A stretch of 64,000 nt of DNA from Zestosphaera sp. (GTDB lineage: Archaea > Thermoproteota > Thermoprotei_A > Sulfolobales > NBVN01): the NCBI GenBank assembly GCA_038843015.1, contig JAWBSH010000002.1:156310-220309 (forward strand), given 5' to 3'. The notes under the pieces were generated by a model. It searched no databases. It was not told the DNA's origin and saw only the letters and a list, made by a program, of their open reading frames with translations. The translations under genes and the position numbers were made by a program. Shown here piece by piece: positions 29,011 through 38,897 of this stretch (position 1 is the first letter of the stretch; every line of letters starts with the position of its first letter).

Positions 29011-30063
29011 TTAATAAGCTTCCAAAACTATGTTCCTTTTAATGATCTCATTCACTATAAAGTTAAATGTGTAGTCACTCATACCTAAATATTCAGGAGG
29101 ATTCACTCCAGGTTCTACGTAATTCTTCAGTACTAGGCGCGTGATTAATGCCGTCATATAACCTGTCACGCGAGACATAGAACTAAAGCCTTCTCTATAC
29201 TCATCATACATGAAAAACCTCATTTCTTTCTCACCGCTCTTGCCGTAAACATCCATAACTGAAAAGTCTGGTGAGTCGTAAGTCATAGCAGGTATTACTA
29301 GCTTCATTGTAGATTCTATGAACTCGCTTCTGAAGAACCCTAGCTCCTTCAGGAACTTCATTCTAGTTAAGTGGCCAGGCCACCTAAGCGTGTACTCAAT
29401 CAAGTTCTTAGCTCTTATAGTACTCAATAAAGTTCTCAAACCGTCAGTAGGGAATCTCTCAAACGTGAAATTCTTTATACGTACTTCCTCAATAACCTCT
29501 AGAGGGTCTTTCAACGTAAGTTTACCGTCTATTATGCACCTGGCTGGACGCAAATACTCATCTATCAGGTCTTGAGGAGAGAAAAGTACTTGATGGTATA
29601 GGGGAGGTCTAGGCTCCTTAGGCAAACCACCCACGTTTATGACACCCAAATCTAACACGCCTAGCTTACTGTATATGTGTCCTAATAATACATTGCTAAG
29701 ACCTGGTGCAAATCCGGCGTCTACAACAACTCTTACTTCTCGTTGCCTAGCTTCGTTATTCAGGGGTAGGGGGTCTTCAGGCATAAAAGACACGTCAACG
29801 AGGTCACGCCCTACGACTAAAGCCTTCTTAAGTATTTTAAAGCCGAGAAAACCAGGCAACGCGTTTACTACGACGTCAAAACCCCTGAATATGTCGTCGA
29901 GAACCTCAGTTCTTGAGAGGTCTAGCTTAAGCACACTAGCAAATTCCTCAACTCTCTTTAATTTTGACTCATCCCTATCTACAACCAAAACCTCAAAATC
30001 CTTGCTTAAGTCATGTGCTACTAAAGTTCCGACACTACCAGAACCCAGTACTAGAACCCTCAT
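29011..30063 (-). CDS. saccharopine dehydrogenase-family NAD(P) oxidoreductase
   Basis: The N-terminus reads MRVLVLGSGSVGTLVAHDL (Rossmann). The length and C-terminal domain fit the family. The start is placed at the internal Met, whereas the track ORF begins at 30090. Confidence 0.6.
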   Translation of the reverse strand: MRVLVLGSGSVGTLVAHDLSKDFEVLVVDRDESKLKRVEEFASVLKLDLSRTEVLDDIFRGFDVVVNALPGFLGFKILKKALVVGRDLVDVSFMPEDPLPLNNEARQREVRVVVDAGFAPGLSNVLLGHIYSKLGVLDLGVINVGGLPKEPRPPLYHQVLFSPQDLIDEYLRPARCIIDGKLTLKDPLEVIEEVRIKNFTFERFPTDGLRTLLSTIRAKNLIEYTLRWPGHLTRMKFLKELGFFRSEFIESTMKLVIPAMTYDSPDFSVMDVYGKSGEKEMRFFMYDEYREGFSSMSRVTGYMTALITRLVLKNYVEPGVNPPEYLGMSDYTFNFIVNEIIKRNIVLEAY

Positions 30064-30162
30064 AATGAGACCTCCATAATTTTTAGTCAATGAAAATAAA
30101 AATTGAGCACTTTACTATCTTTAAGCTGATCAGAGACATATTCCCAAACTTTTAGTTTTCTT

Positions 30163-31575
30163 CTAGCTCTGTAGTGAGTATTGTTTTAAAACGTTATTAG
30201 CGTACTCTACGGCTCGCTTAATCAGCTCTTTATGCATTCCGAGATATCTCTTATGATCTAGTACTTCTTTAATCTCTTCTTTGCTGAGATACTTAAGCAC
30301 CCTTGAGTCTTCTGACGCTATGATTGGGAAGTCTTTATTCTCGCTAACTGCTTTACCCACTAACTCTCTAACAAGTTTATACGCTTCATGCCTTAGCATG
30401 CCCTTATCAGTTAATCTGAGTACTAAAGCTTCACTAACGTTCGTGCCACGACTCAACTCTAGATTCTTAATCATCTTCTCAGGATAGACCCTGAGATTCT
30501 CAACAACCTTGATTAAGGTGTTTAAGATTTCGTCTATTATTAAGAAAGAGTGAGGAATCAAGAATCTCTCAGCACTACTATTGCTTAAGTCTCTCTCATG
30601 CCAAAGAGGAATATCTTCTAACGCAGTTATGGTTAAAGCCCTCATCAACCTGGCAAGACCTGCTAACTTCTCGCTGAGAACAGGGTTTTCCTTATGAGGC
30701 ATCGTACTACTGCCTACCCTGCCCTCAACACCCTCTGCTAATTCCATGATCTCGGGTCTCATAAGCTCTCTCACTTCTATGCCTAACCTTTCAGCTTGTG
30801 AGGCTAGGATTGCTAAGGCACTAATTAACTCAGCAACACCGTCTCTGGGGGAAACCTGCGTGGTTATGATGTGTGGCTGGAGGTTGAGTTCTCTCATAGA
30901 TGTAGACTCTACACAAAGTCCCTTACTCCCCCAACCCGCCATAGTGCCTACAGCGCCTGCCATCTTCCCACGAACGACTTGAGGTTCGGCCTTTATTAAC
31001 CGCTCAAGACTTCGCGTAAACTCGTATAAGTAGTTAGCAAATTTAAATCCTAGAGTTATCGGTAGGGCGTGCTGGGCGTGAGTCCTGCCAACCATTAAGG
31101 TATCACTATATCTCTCTGAAAGCTTTATGAGCAACTCAATCAACTTAACTAGCTTAGATTTGATTAGCCGCAACGCGTCTCTAATTAAGAGAGCCCACAC
31201 AGTGTCTATCAAGTCATTACTCGTAGCCCCATAGTGGACAAACCTAGCGCTCTCCCCGCACGCGTCAGCAATGGCTGCAACCAGAGCCATGACCTCGTGA
31301 CCTAACGACTTCTCATAAGAGTCTACCTCATCAAGCTTGATTGAATGAGCACAAGACTCTAGATTCACAGAATATCCTTTCGGGATAAGACCACATTCTT
31401 CTAAACTCTTAACCAAAATTATCTCAACATCAATCATTCTCATCAGAATATTTTCTTTCCTGAAGATCTTCCTCATTTCTTCAGAACCATACCTGAACTC
31501 GAGAGGACACAAACTCAAATTATTCACCAACAATAATAGTATACCTAAGTAAAGTATTAGTAAGTTAGTAGTCAC
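30163..31575 (-). CDS. purB: adenylosuccinate lyase
   Basis: PLEFRYGSEEMRKIF occurs at the N-terminus. The fumarate-lyase signature GSSTMPHKENP is present. The first 15-22 codons of the track ORF are hydrophobic, so the real start is probably one of the TTG or GTG codons at 31512-31533. Confidence 0.85.
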   Translation of the reverse strand: MTTNLLILYLGILLLLVNNLSLCPLEFRYGSEEMRKIFRKENILMRMIDVEIILVKSLEECGLIPKGYSVNLESCAHSIKLDEVDSYEKSLGHEVMALVAAIADACGESARFVHYGATSNDLIDTVWALLIRDALRLIKSKLVKLIELLIKLSERYSDTLMVGRTHAQHALPITLGFKFANYLYEFTRSLERLIKAEPQVVRGKMAGAVGTMAGWGSKGLCVESTSMRELNLQPHIITTQVSPRDGVAELISALAILASQAERLGIEVRELMRPEIMELAEGVEGRVGSSTMPHKENPVLSEKLAGLARLMRALTITALEDIPLWHERDLSNSSAERFLIPHSFLIIDEILNTLIKVVENLRVYPEKMIKNLELSRGTNVSEALVLRLTDKGMLRHEAYKLVRELVGKAVSENKDFPIIASEDSRVLKYLSKEEIKEVLDHKRYLGMHKELIKRAVEYANNVLKQYSLQS

Positions 31576-32104
31576 TCATATTCACTTCAAGTGCCACAGT
31601 TGTTTGGTTTACGTGTGTAAGTTCGCTCCAACTACAACTGAAAGCTTCGCCTCTATAGAGCTGGAAGGAGGTTAGGTTTTCTCCGTCTTCTGTCTACGAA
31701 GCCCAGCTCCTGTGTTAACTCCATCGTCTTATTTCTTTCTCCCTTCATCCTGTTTGGGCTTTTATCGAGCTCGGGAGGATTCAGGGCGACCTCAGACACC
31801 CCCGCATCTTGAGTAGCTTGGGAAGAGCTCGCTTTACAGGGCTCTCAAACCCTCATCAAATTACTCCCACGCATGAAGCACTAGAAACACTTACAAGCGT
31901 CCCCACCTACATCAACCAACATGAACAGATACGAAACCCGAAACAACTACAAGAGGTCCTAGAAGGTTGCTGTGTTTTCAGACTTCGGCGAAGAGCGGCT
32001 CACGTGTCTTGCACCTCACCAAAGACTCACGCGCTATGCATTAAGTCCTAAATTTATAGGATTTTAAAGATAGTTTAGAAGTAATACTTAGGTGTGGTGG
32101 CAAA

Positions 32105-32377
32105 ATGTTTAGAGTTACGATAGAAGTATTTACTACTCTTAAAGAGAAGCTTGGCTGGTCTAGAAAAGAATTAATTATTAGCTCTCCAGAGACGACCTTA
32201 AAAGATGCTCTGGAAGCTGTTCCAGACTTAAAGTCTCTGATAGTAGAGCGAGATAGTCTCAAAAGAGGTTTTATAGTTCTAGTTAATGGAAGACATGTTG
32301 AGTTCCTAGGAGGTCTTCAAGCAGTAGTTAGAGACGGCGATACTATAGCAGTATTTCCTCAAAGTGGTGGAGGTTGA
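32105..32377 (+). CDS. MoaD/ThiS-family beta-grasp sulfur-carrier / ubiquitin-like small modifier candidate
   Basis: The 90-aa protein ends ...DGDTIAVFPQSGGG. The C-terminal glycines and the GDxxxxxPP/QxSGG pattern are typical of MoaD and SAMP proteins. Confidence 0.75.
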   Translation: MFRVTIEVFTTLKEKLGWSRKELIISSPETTLKDALEAVPDLKSLIVERDSLKRGFIVLVNGRHVEFLGGLQAVVRDGDTIAVFPQSGGG

Positions 32378-33330
32378 TTTAAGCAGGTCTGAGTAAGTAA
32401 CAAGTGTTGAAATACTTTATTGACACACCACTCAGTATAAAGTTTCTTAAAACCTAGGAAGTACATAACTCTTCTTATTAGGTCTGGCTTAAGACCAGCT
32501 CCAGCAGCTCTTGGATGACCTCCCCCGCCCATCGAGAGAGCCACTTTCCTCACATCAATAGATTTAGACCTTAAACTAACAGAGCCTCTGCGACATATTA
32601 CTGCTACGTCAGCTCCATACCTAGACATTAGTATGTTCGCAATATACGAGGTTAAGTGTTCTTCTTGATCTTTAAAATAGTAGACTATCTTAAGATCACC
32701 GCACTCTCTTATCTTAGCTTTCTTTAAGGCTTTGTCATAAATCTTTAACTCTTCAGTAACAGCTCTTTCAACTACTTCACTCACTTCTGAGTCTATAGAG
32801 CCGTCGAAACTAACTAGCTTCTTAAGAGCTTTTTCTTTCCAGGAAGCCCCTCCGGCATAGCCTACATACCTCGAGAGAAAGTTTCCTCTCCAGTCGTTCA
32901 TTAACCACAAATCAACAGAGCAGGTCGCTTTAACTAATTCTTCAGAGTTCTCGACTTCAAGATACTTACTAACTACTCCGGCACTGCAGGTTGTTCTATC
33001 CACGTAGAGAGTTACTCCTAACTCAGTAAGTTCCTTGATCCACGATTCTTCCCAAACATGATGATCAAACCAGTATATCTCGCCACCTGAGTTCAGGATC
33101 CTCTTGATGTTTTCCTTAATTCTATCTAGAGAAGTTTTGTTAACGCCTATGTCCGTTATATGAACTATGCTACCGTTTGGTATCCCAGCTAGTCTCGCGT
33201 GAAGGTTGTGTGGCTGAGTAAAGTATATCTTATCTAAGTGACCGTACTTCTTCATAATTAAGGCTCCTGAAGCTACCCCATCTAGGTCCGTGTGTGTTAT
33301 GAGTACTCTCCGCACTTTACGATACCTCAA
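32359..33330 (-). CDS. DHH-family phosphoesterase
   Basis: The motifs ITHTDLDGVASGA, WFDHHVW and GGGHPRAAG (DHHA1) are present. Confidence 0.75.
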   Translation of the reverse strand: MRYRKVRRVLITHTDLDGVASGALIMKKYGHLDKIYFTQPHNLHARLAGIPNGSIVHITDIGVNKTSLDRIKENIKRILNSGGEIYWFDHHVWEESWIKELTELGVTLYVDRTTCSAGVVSKYLEVENSEELVKATCSVDLWLMNDWRGNFLSRYVGYAGGASWKEKALKKLVSFDGSIDSEVSEVVERAVTEELKIYDKALKKAKIRECGDLKIVYYFKDQEEHLTSYIANILMSRYGADVAVICRRGSVSLRSKSIDVRKVALSMGGGGHPRAAGAGLKPDLIRRVMYFLGFKKLYTEWCVNKVFQHLLLTQTCLNQPPPL

Positions 33331-33373
33331 AATATGTTTTTGTAGGTTATAAGTTCGCTCTCGCTAGCCGCTA

Positions 33374-34582
33374 TTAACCAGTAGCTTTAGAGGCTATATA
33401 TTCGATAGTTCTCTTAATCACCTCTCTTACTTGTTGAGGTAATTTAGGCTCCTCGATATTGAGGAAGCCTTTTATTATTGCTGTGCGAGCCTCTTCTTCA
33501 GAGAAGCCCTTACTTAAAAGATAATTAATTAAGTCTTCACTTATCTTACCTATGGCTGCTTCATGAGTTAAGATAGCTTCAGGGTTTGAAGAACTTATTT
33601 CAGGTAGTGATTCTATAGTAGCACTGCTGTTCTCTATTAGCCCTAAACACTCTATGTGACCTCTAGAGGGGCCGGCACGACCCTCTATCCTCGACCTAGC
33701 GTAAATGAATGAGGATCCCCTACCTAAATTCCTTGAGAGGATCTCACCAGCCGAGTCTCTACCCTCTAGCACTATAGCTGAGCCCACGTCGTAAACTCCA
33801 CTACCTTCACTAACAACTATAGAATTTAGCGTAGCTCTACCACCCTCACTCAAATAAACCTTCGGGTAGGTCTGTAAAGACTCCACAGGCGAGTAAATGA
33901 CGTAATAACTTACGTACTCTCCACCCTCCCCCACCCTAACAGCAGTTCGAGGCCTTACAACCATGTCTGGGGCCCAAGCGTGTATCATAGTATAGGTTAG
34001 TTTACCTCTCTTACCAACGTAGTACTCTGAAATACCAACATGTAAGGAGCCCACGGGTTGGTCAGGAACTCCACAACCAGTAATTAAGTTTAGTTCAGCC
34101 CCATCATCGACTATCACTATATTATGGAGTAACTGAGCAAATCCTTTCTTCGTTATGAATAAGCACGTATAAATAGGGTCTTTAATTTTTGTGTTTGGCG
34201 GCACGTAGATGAAAAACCCTAGCTCATTGCCGTAAAGACTTGTAGCCGCGGTATACTTGTCTGTGTCAGGACTCACTAGCTTCCACGAGTACTCTCTGGC
34301 CCAGTTAAGCTTCTTCAAAGCTTCACTAGTTGGTAAGACTACCGCACCACGTTCAGCTAGCTTCTCACGCATAGACCTCGAAAGTACGGACTCATTAACT
34401 TGGAGGTAGTCGGCTTTTCTTAAGAGACCACCGCCAAAACCTAACCTGCTCGAAATCTTATCAATCTCTTCTTCTCCAAGGTGTTCTCTTCCTGTCGGTC
34501 CTACGTTAAACCTGTCTAAATCGACGTCGGGACCGTAAGGTGAGGGCTTGTTAAGAGCTTTTAAAAGTGTCTCACGATCCAT
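33374..34582 (-). CDS. SufB/SufD-family Fe-S cluster assembly scaffold protein
   Basis: The 402-aa protein lies immediately downstream of sufC. Its beta-helix-type core ends ...THEAAIGKISEDLINYLLSKGFSEEEA, which is typical of SufB/D. Confidence 0.75.
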   Translation of the reverse strand: MDRETLLKALNKPSPYGPDVDLDRFNVGPTGREHLGEEEIDKISSRLGFGGGLLRKADYLQVNESVLSRSMREKLAERGAVVLPTSEALKKLNWAREYSWKLVSPDTDKYTAATSLYGNELGFFIYVPPNTKIKDPIYTCLFITKKGFAQLLHNIVIVDDGAELNLITGCGVPDQPVGSLHVGISEYYVGKRGKLTYTMIHAWAPDMVVRPRTAVRVGEGGEYVSYYVIYSPVESLQTYPKVYLSEGGRATLNSIVVSEGSGVYDVGSAIVLEGRDSAGEILSRNLGRGSSFIYARSRIEGRAGPSRGHIECLGLIENSSATIESLPEISSSNPEAILTHEAAIGKISEDLINYLLSKGFSEEEARTAIIKGFLNIEEPKLPQQVREVIKRTIEYIASKATG

Positions 34583-34591
34583 TTAACCACC

Positions 34592-35329
34592 TCACATCCT
34601 AGCAAACTGGGTTAGAGCTCCTGAGAAACCATATTTCTCTATGTAGGGTATTATCTCGTCATAAAGTCCAGAATACATGACTGTCCCTCCATAAAGTACG
34701 TGAACAGCAGTAATATGTTCTTGTAAAAGCTTAAGCATGTGTAGGGAGTGAGTAACTAACACTATTGAGATACCCCTACTCAGAGACACCTTCAGCGCTT
34801 CAGACATCCTGTTGAGAGACTCTATGTCTACACCGCTATCAGGCTCGTCAAGTAAAGCTACCCTGGGTTTAGTAAGTAATGTCAGGAAAGTCTCAAGCCT
34901 CTTCTTCTCCCCACCACTCATCTTGTCAAATAAGTATCTGTTAAAAAGGTCCTTGACTTCTAAAACCTCGGAAAGAACCTCCGCATAACTGCTTTCCACA
35001 TTAAATCTCTTCATAAGTTCCTCTACGAACCTCCCAGTCATCAAACCCTTAATTACTGGAGGTAGCTGATAAGCTACCATTATCCCCCTCCTAGCCTTAA
35101 CGTGAGGGGGCTCCAGAGTGATATCAGAGCCTTCAAAAACGATGCTACCTCTGGTCACCTCATAGGGCTTAAGACCCATTATCGCGTTGAGAAGAGACGT
35201 CTTACCAGAGCCATTAGGTCCTACCACTGCGTGTAGTTCTTTAAACTTAATATTCATGTTTATATTTGAGAGTATTCTTTTCCCGCTAACTGCTACATCG
35301 ACTCCCCTAATCTCAAGCATCTTCATCAC
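34592..35329 (-). CDS. sufC: Fe-S cluster assembly ATPase SufC
   Basis: Walker A is GPNGSGKTSL, the ABC signature is MSGGEKKR and Walker B is ALLDEPDSGVD. Confidence 0.85.
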   Translation of the reverse strand: MMKMLEIRGVDVAVSGKRILSNINMNIKFKELHAVVGPNGSGKTSLLNAIMGLKPYEVTRGSIVFEGSDITLEPPHVKARRGIMVAYQLPPVIKGLMTGRFVEELMKRFNVESSYAEVLSEVLEVKDLFNRYLFDKMSGGEKKRLETFLTLLTKPRVALLDEPDSGVDIESLNRMSEALKVSLSRGISIVLVTHSLHMLKLLQEHITAVHVLYGGTVMYSGLYDEIIPYIEKYGFSGALTQFARM

Positions 35330-35399
35330 CTAATAGAGTAATATTATGAGCAGTAATTAGTTTTAATTTTCCGTAAGAAATGCTTCCATGGTGTGACAG

Positions 35400-36449
35400 G
35401 TGTTAGTAGTTTATGACTTAAGACATAGACTACATACAGATCCTCAATCTAGACATCCTGAAAACCCTTCTAGAGCTCTCAAGATTATTGAGGCATTAAT
35501 TAAGTCTGAATTCTCTACTCAATTAAGTTTTGTAGGTGTTCGAGAGCCTGAGGACGAGATTTTACTCTTAATCCACGACGCCGAGTATGTAGAATACATT
35601 AAAAGAGAATCGTCTAAGGGCTTTCACTACATAGACCCGGACACTTACGTGAACGAACACACATACACGATATCAGCATCATACATTACTACTACCTATT
35701 ATGCAACACTCGAATCTCTAGAGAAGAGAGAGCCTGTATTAGTTGTTCCCAGACCTGGGGGACATCATGCAGGCAGGACTGGCAAGGCTTTAGGAGCCCC
35801 AACACTTGGTTTCTGCATCTTTAATTACGCAGCCATAGCTTCAGTAGCTTTCCTGAAAGAAGTAAAGAAAGTGTTGATAATTGATTTCGACGCACACCAC
35901 GGCAACGGCACTCAAGATATCTTCTGGGAAGACGGACGTGTAGTTCACGTAGACATACATCAAGAAGGCATTTATCCGGGAACAGGAGACGTATCAGAAG
36001 TTGGGAGTGGTGCTGGAGAAGGCAAAATGATTAACATACCCGTGTCTTCAGGAGCAGGGGACGAGACCTACATGTGGATTCTTGAGGAAGTTGTGAGGAA
36101 AGTGGTAAGTGCTTTCAAGCCAGACGCTATAGTCGTTTCAGCAGGTTTTGACGCACACATAAACGATCCCCTAACCTCGCTGGCGGCAACTAAGATTACT
36201 TATAGAAACTTAGGCGCGTATCTTGGTGAGTTATTAGCTAGAAATGAAGTAGTGGGTTTGACGTCAGTAGTCGAAGGAGGATATGGAGAAGGGCTAGTGT
36301 CTGGGCTACTTAATTACGTGAACGGTGTCTTGACATGTAGTAAGCACCCTAACGACGTTAAAGTAAGTCCTGCAGGCATTAAGAAAAGAGTTAAAGAGAC
36401 TCTAAAGAAAAACTTGAGCAAATATTGGGGAATAGAAATCCTAGTTTAG
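35400..36449 (+). CDS. histone deacetylase / acetoin-utilisation (AcuC) family Zn-dependent deacetylase
   Basis: The motifs PGGHHA, IIDFDAHHGNGTQDIF and SAGFDAH are present. Confidence 0.8.
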   Translation: MLVVYDLRHRLHTDPQSRHPENPSRALKIIEALIKSEFSTQLSFVGVREPEDEILLLIHDAEYVEYIKRESSKGFHYIDPDTYVNEHTYTISASYITTTYYATLESLEKREPVLVVPRPGGHHAGRTGKALGAPTLGFCIFNYAAIASVAFLKEVKKVLIIDFDAHHGNGTQDIFWEDGRVVHVDIHQEGIYPGTGDVSEVGSGAGEGKMINIPVSSGAGDETYMWILEEVVRKVVSAFKPDAIVVSAGFDAHINDPLTSLAATKITYRNLGAYLGELLARNEVVGLTSVVEGGYGEGLVSGLLNYVNGVLTCSKHPNDVKVSPAGIKKRVKETLKKNLSKYWGIEILV

Positions 36450-36508
36450 CACTAGTTAAGACTTATTTTTAGCTGTTCTTATAAGTTTAGGTAACTAATA
36501 ATGCTGAG

Positions 36509-36853
36509 GTGTTTAAAGAGTTGTCAAAGCCTTTAATCAGACTTAAAAGAAAGCTAACTATAGAGAACTTATGGATTTACGTAATCGCGTCCTTAATGAT
36601 TAAGCCTACTTACGCGTATCACGTGCGGAAACTCATTAAAGAGTTCTTCGGTTTTAGTCCTACGACTATAACCCTCTACTCAGTAATATACAGGCTCAAA
36701 AAGAGTGGCTTAATTAAAGAAGAGCTAGTGTCTGGTGAGAGAATTTATAAGCCTACTGAAGAAGGCATTAAAGAACTGGAAGAAGCTCTATCTTTCATGG
36801 AGCAGACAATTAAGCGTCTTAAAGAAATTACGCATCATGCTCGGAAACAATGA
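36509..36853 (+). CDS. PadR-like winged-helix transcriptional regulator
   Basis: The sequence YAYHVRKLIKEFFGFSPTTITLYSVIYRLKKSGLI...YKPTEEG matches the PadR pattern. Confidence 0.6.
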   Translation: MFKELSKPLIRLKRKLTIENLWIYVIASLMIKPTYAYHVRKLIKEFFGFSPTTITLYSVIYRLKKSGLIKEELVSGERIYKPTEEGIKELEEALSFMEQTIKRLKEITHHARKQ

Positions 36854-36897
36854 GAACAGGATTAATTTTGGTTAAGGTATGATCTTGGGTTGATAAA

Positions 36898-37470
36898 GTG
36901 CGTTATGGCGTGGGTCTCGACTTAGCGGCTAAGCAAGATAGGTGTTCAGGCGTTGCGGCGATTGACTCACGTAGTAGGGAGGTCGTAGAAGTGAAGTGCT
37001 TAAACACAAACAACGAAATAATTGGTTTCGTCTCTAGTTTGAGACCCTCAGTTGTAGCTATTGACGCGCCACTGGCTAGCGAGCCTATAATGAGAGAAGT
37101 AGATAGGTTGATGATAAAGCTTGGTTTAAGGGTCTTCCCACCTAACTTTAAATGGATGAAGCAACTTACTCTGAGAGGTTATGAGTTAATGAATAAGCTT
37201 AATAACTTAGGTTTCACAGTGATTGAGACACATCCCAGGAGTGTTTTAAAGTATGCTGGCGTAGAAGACTTTAAAGAACTTTTCGACGTTATAGGTGTGA
37301 AATTAGTCAATCTGCAGGTGTTCAACAAACATATTGTGGACGCTCTAATAGCTTCTGCAGTCGCTTACTGCTACGTGGCTGGCTGTACAAGCAAGGTGAG
37401 CTCTCATGACGGAGTTATCTACTTGTTAGAGAAGAGGAAGATGGGGAGAGAATCAGTCTCAAGGACCTAA
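36898..37470 (+). CDS. predicted RNase H-fold nuclease (DUF429/COG2410-like)
   Basis: GVGLDLAAKQDRCSGVAAID...VVAIDAPLA is typical of this family. The gene starts at a GTG. Confidence 0.5.
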   Translation: MRYGVGLDLAAKQDRCSGVAAIDSRSREVVEVKCLNTNNEIIGFVSSLRPSVVAIDAPLASEPIMREVDRLMIKLGLRVFPPNFKWMKQLTLRGYELMNKLNNLGFTVIETHPRSVLKYAGVEDFKELFDVIGVKLVNLQVFNKHIVDALIASAVAYCYVAGCTSKVSSHDGVIYLLEKRKMGRESVSRT

Positions 37471-38897
37471 ATCTCTGTTTCTGATGGCAAGTAAGTTATT
37501 AGGATTCCCTGGAATCTCCTAGCCCACCACCTTAAGTATTCTTGAATAGACCTCCTCTCTTCAGTGCTAATCATAAATTTCTTTTTAGCCCATTCAACCT
37601 CATCATTTCTCACTATCCCATCGCCTTTGCTAGCAGCGAGTCTTAAAAACGCGTCTAGCTCAGCAAGAGAAAACCACTTACTTAGTTCTACAATCCTGTC
37701 TATCACAGACTCTTCAGCAAACCTTATTAAGTATCTCCTAGCGTTGTTAAGAATAGCTTTCCTCCTCATTTCCCGGTCGGGATATCCTAAAACTACGGTA
37801 GTGTCTATCCTGCCAGGCCTCAAGAGTGCTGGGTCTATCAAGTCTGGATTGTTGGCAGTAAGTATAGTGAATGGTCTGTCAGGTTTTTGCAGGTGGTAGA
37901 GGATAGTTGATATCTCGCTCACATGCGCCTCATGTATCGTGTACTTCCTGGAAGATATGAACTCTGCATCATCTATCACTAGAGCAACTTTATTCTTTTG
38001 CTTGAATATTTGCTGAAATATCGCGTTAAGAGCCTTCTCAGTAGCTCCGTACCACATAGACCTGTAGTTTTGGGGCCTTAACTCTATTATGTTGAGGTTG
38101 AGTGCCGAAGCCAGAGCTTCAGCTAACACAGTCTTGCCAACACCTGGAGGTCCAGTAACGAAGGCCCCCTTAGCTGAGAAAGTAAGACCCTTGAATATAG
38201 GGTTAATTAAAATAATCCTGATTTCCTCTATTAACTTGTGAGGCAAGTCACTTAAACTCCATGAGGGCTTCCTTATAGGTATTCTTATGTCTCTATATTC
38301 GTTTCCGTCACTCACGATCACTCGAAGCTCGTTGTGCTCAACAGGTCTCAAGCTGATCACTGAGATTGGCTGGAGTAGTTCGTAAGGAGCTACATCTATT
38401 CTTTGCTTTCTCAAATCTTCTACGAGCCTTACCCAACAACTATTCACTATCTCCATGATTCTGTTCCTGATCTTATCATCCTCCTCGTCAGGAGACACCA
38501 AGATTACAACAGGTCTCAACCCCTCTATTTCTTTACCCTCTGTGAAAGTAACTGAAGCTGCGAGTAACTCAGCCTTCTTAAATCCGCTTAATACTAACCC
38601 TAATATCCCGTAATACTTCTTCTTAGAAACTATCTTAGAGAATATGTTGAGTGAGAGCGGCACTAACGCGGAGGAAATGTCACTCTCTCTAACTAAGAAC
38701 CTAGACCTAATCTTCAGGTAGTAAGCAAAATCTAGGTTGTCAAGGTTTTCTAGGTAGTTATAGTGCTTACTAAGAGTTGCTAGGAGTCTGTAAGATATGT
38801 ATGAGTCTTTGTAGGGAACGTAAGATACGAAGAGATTCTTAACGTCCCTGTAAAGATTACTCCAAAGCATCTTAGCGTCTCTAAGCTTCCTCGTCAT
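37467..38897 (-). CDS. AAA+ ATPase with an uncharacterised ~230-aa N-terminal domain
   Basis: A single classical AAA module is present, with GPPGVGKT, VIDDAEF and second-region-of-homology-like PALLRPGRID motifs. The N-terminal half has no motif I recognise. Confidence 0.7.
   Translation of the reverse strand: MTRKLRDAKMLWSNLYRDVKNLFVSYVPYKDSYISYRLLATLSKHYNYLENLDNLDFAYYLKIRSRFLVRESDISSALVPLSLNIFSKIVSKKKYYGILGLVLSGFKKAELLAASVTFTEGKEIEGLRPVVILVSPDEEDDKIRNRIMEIVNSCWVRLVEDLRKQRIDVAPYELLQPISVISLRPVEHNELRVIVSDGNEYRDIRIPIRKPSWSLSDLPHKLIEEIRIILINPIFKGLTFSAKGAFVTGPPGVGKTVLAEALASALNLNIIELRPQNYRSMWYGATEKALNAIFQQIFKQKNKVALVIDDAEFISSRKYTIHEAHVSEISTILYHLQKPDRPFTILTANNPDLIDPALLRPGRIDTTVVLGYPDREMRRKAILNNARRYLIRFAEESVIDRIVELSKWFSLAELDAFLRLAASKGDGIVRNDEVEWAKKKFMISTEERRSIQEYLRWWARRFQGILITYLPSETEI

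Noticed and set aside
31512-31575. A hydrophobic N-terminal extension of PurB (MTTNLLILYLGILLLLVNN) that looks like a signal peptide.
   Set aside because: PurB is cytosolic, and the conserved N-terminus (PLEFRYGSEEM) begins right after the extension. In-frame TTG and GTG codons at 31512-31533 are more plausible starts, so the extension is probably an ORF-calling artefact.
31576-32045. Whether the long spacer is RNase P RNA, SRP RNA or a C/D-box sRNA.
   Set aside because: Neither strand has a GGAAAGUCC-type CR-I element. I could not find an SRP helix-8-like GGAA/AGCA pattern. GC content is only mildly raised, whereas the tRNA fragment in this window is about 70 percent GC. A UGAUGA...CUGA pair on the minus strand is 67 nt apart, with no correctly spaced D' and C' boxes.
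31809-32262. Track ORFs 31809-32051 (+, 80 aa) and 32041-32262 (-, 73 aa).
   Set aside because: The first has a non-protein-like sequence and no promoter or start context. The second is antisense to the well-supported MoaD-like gene. The region is treated as noncoding and is covered by a finding.
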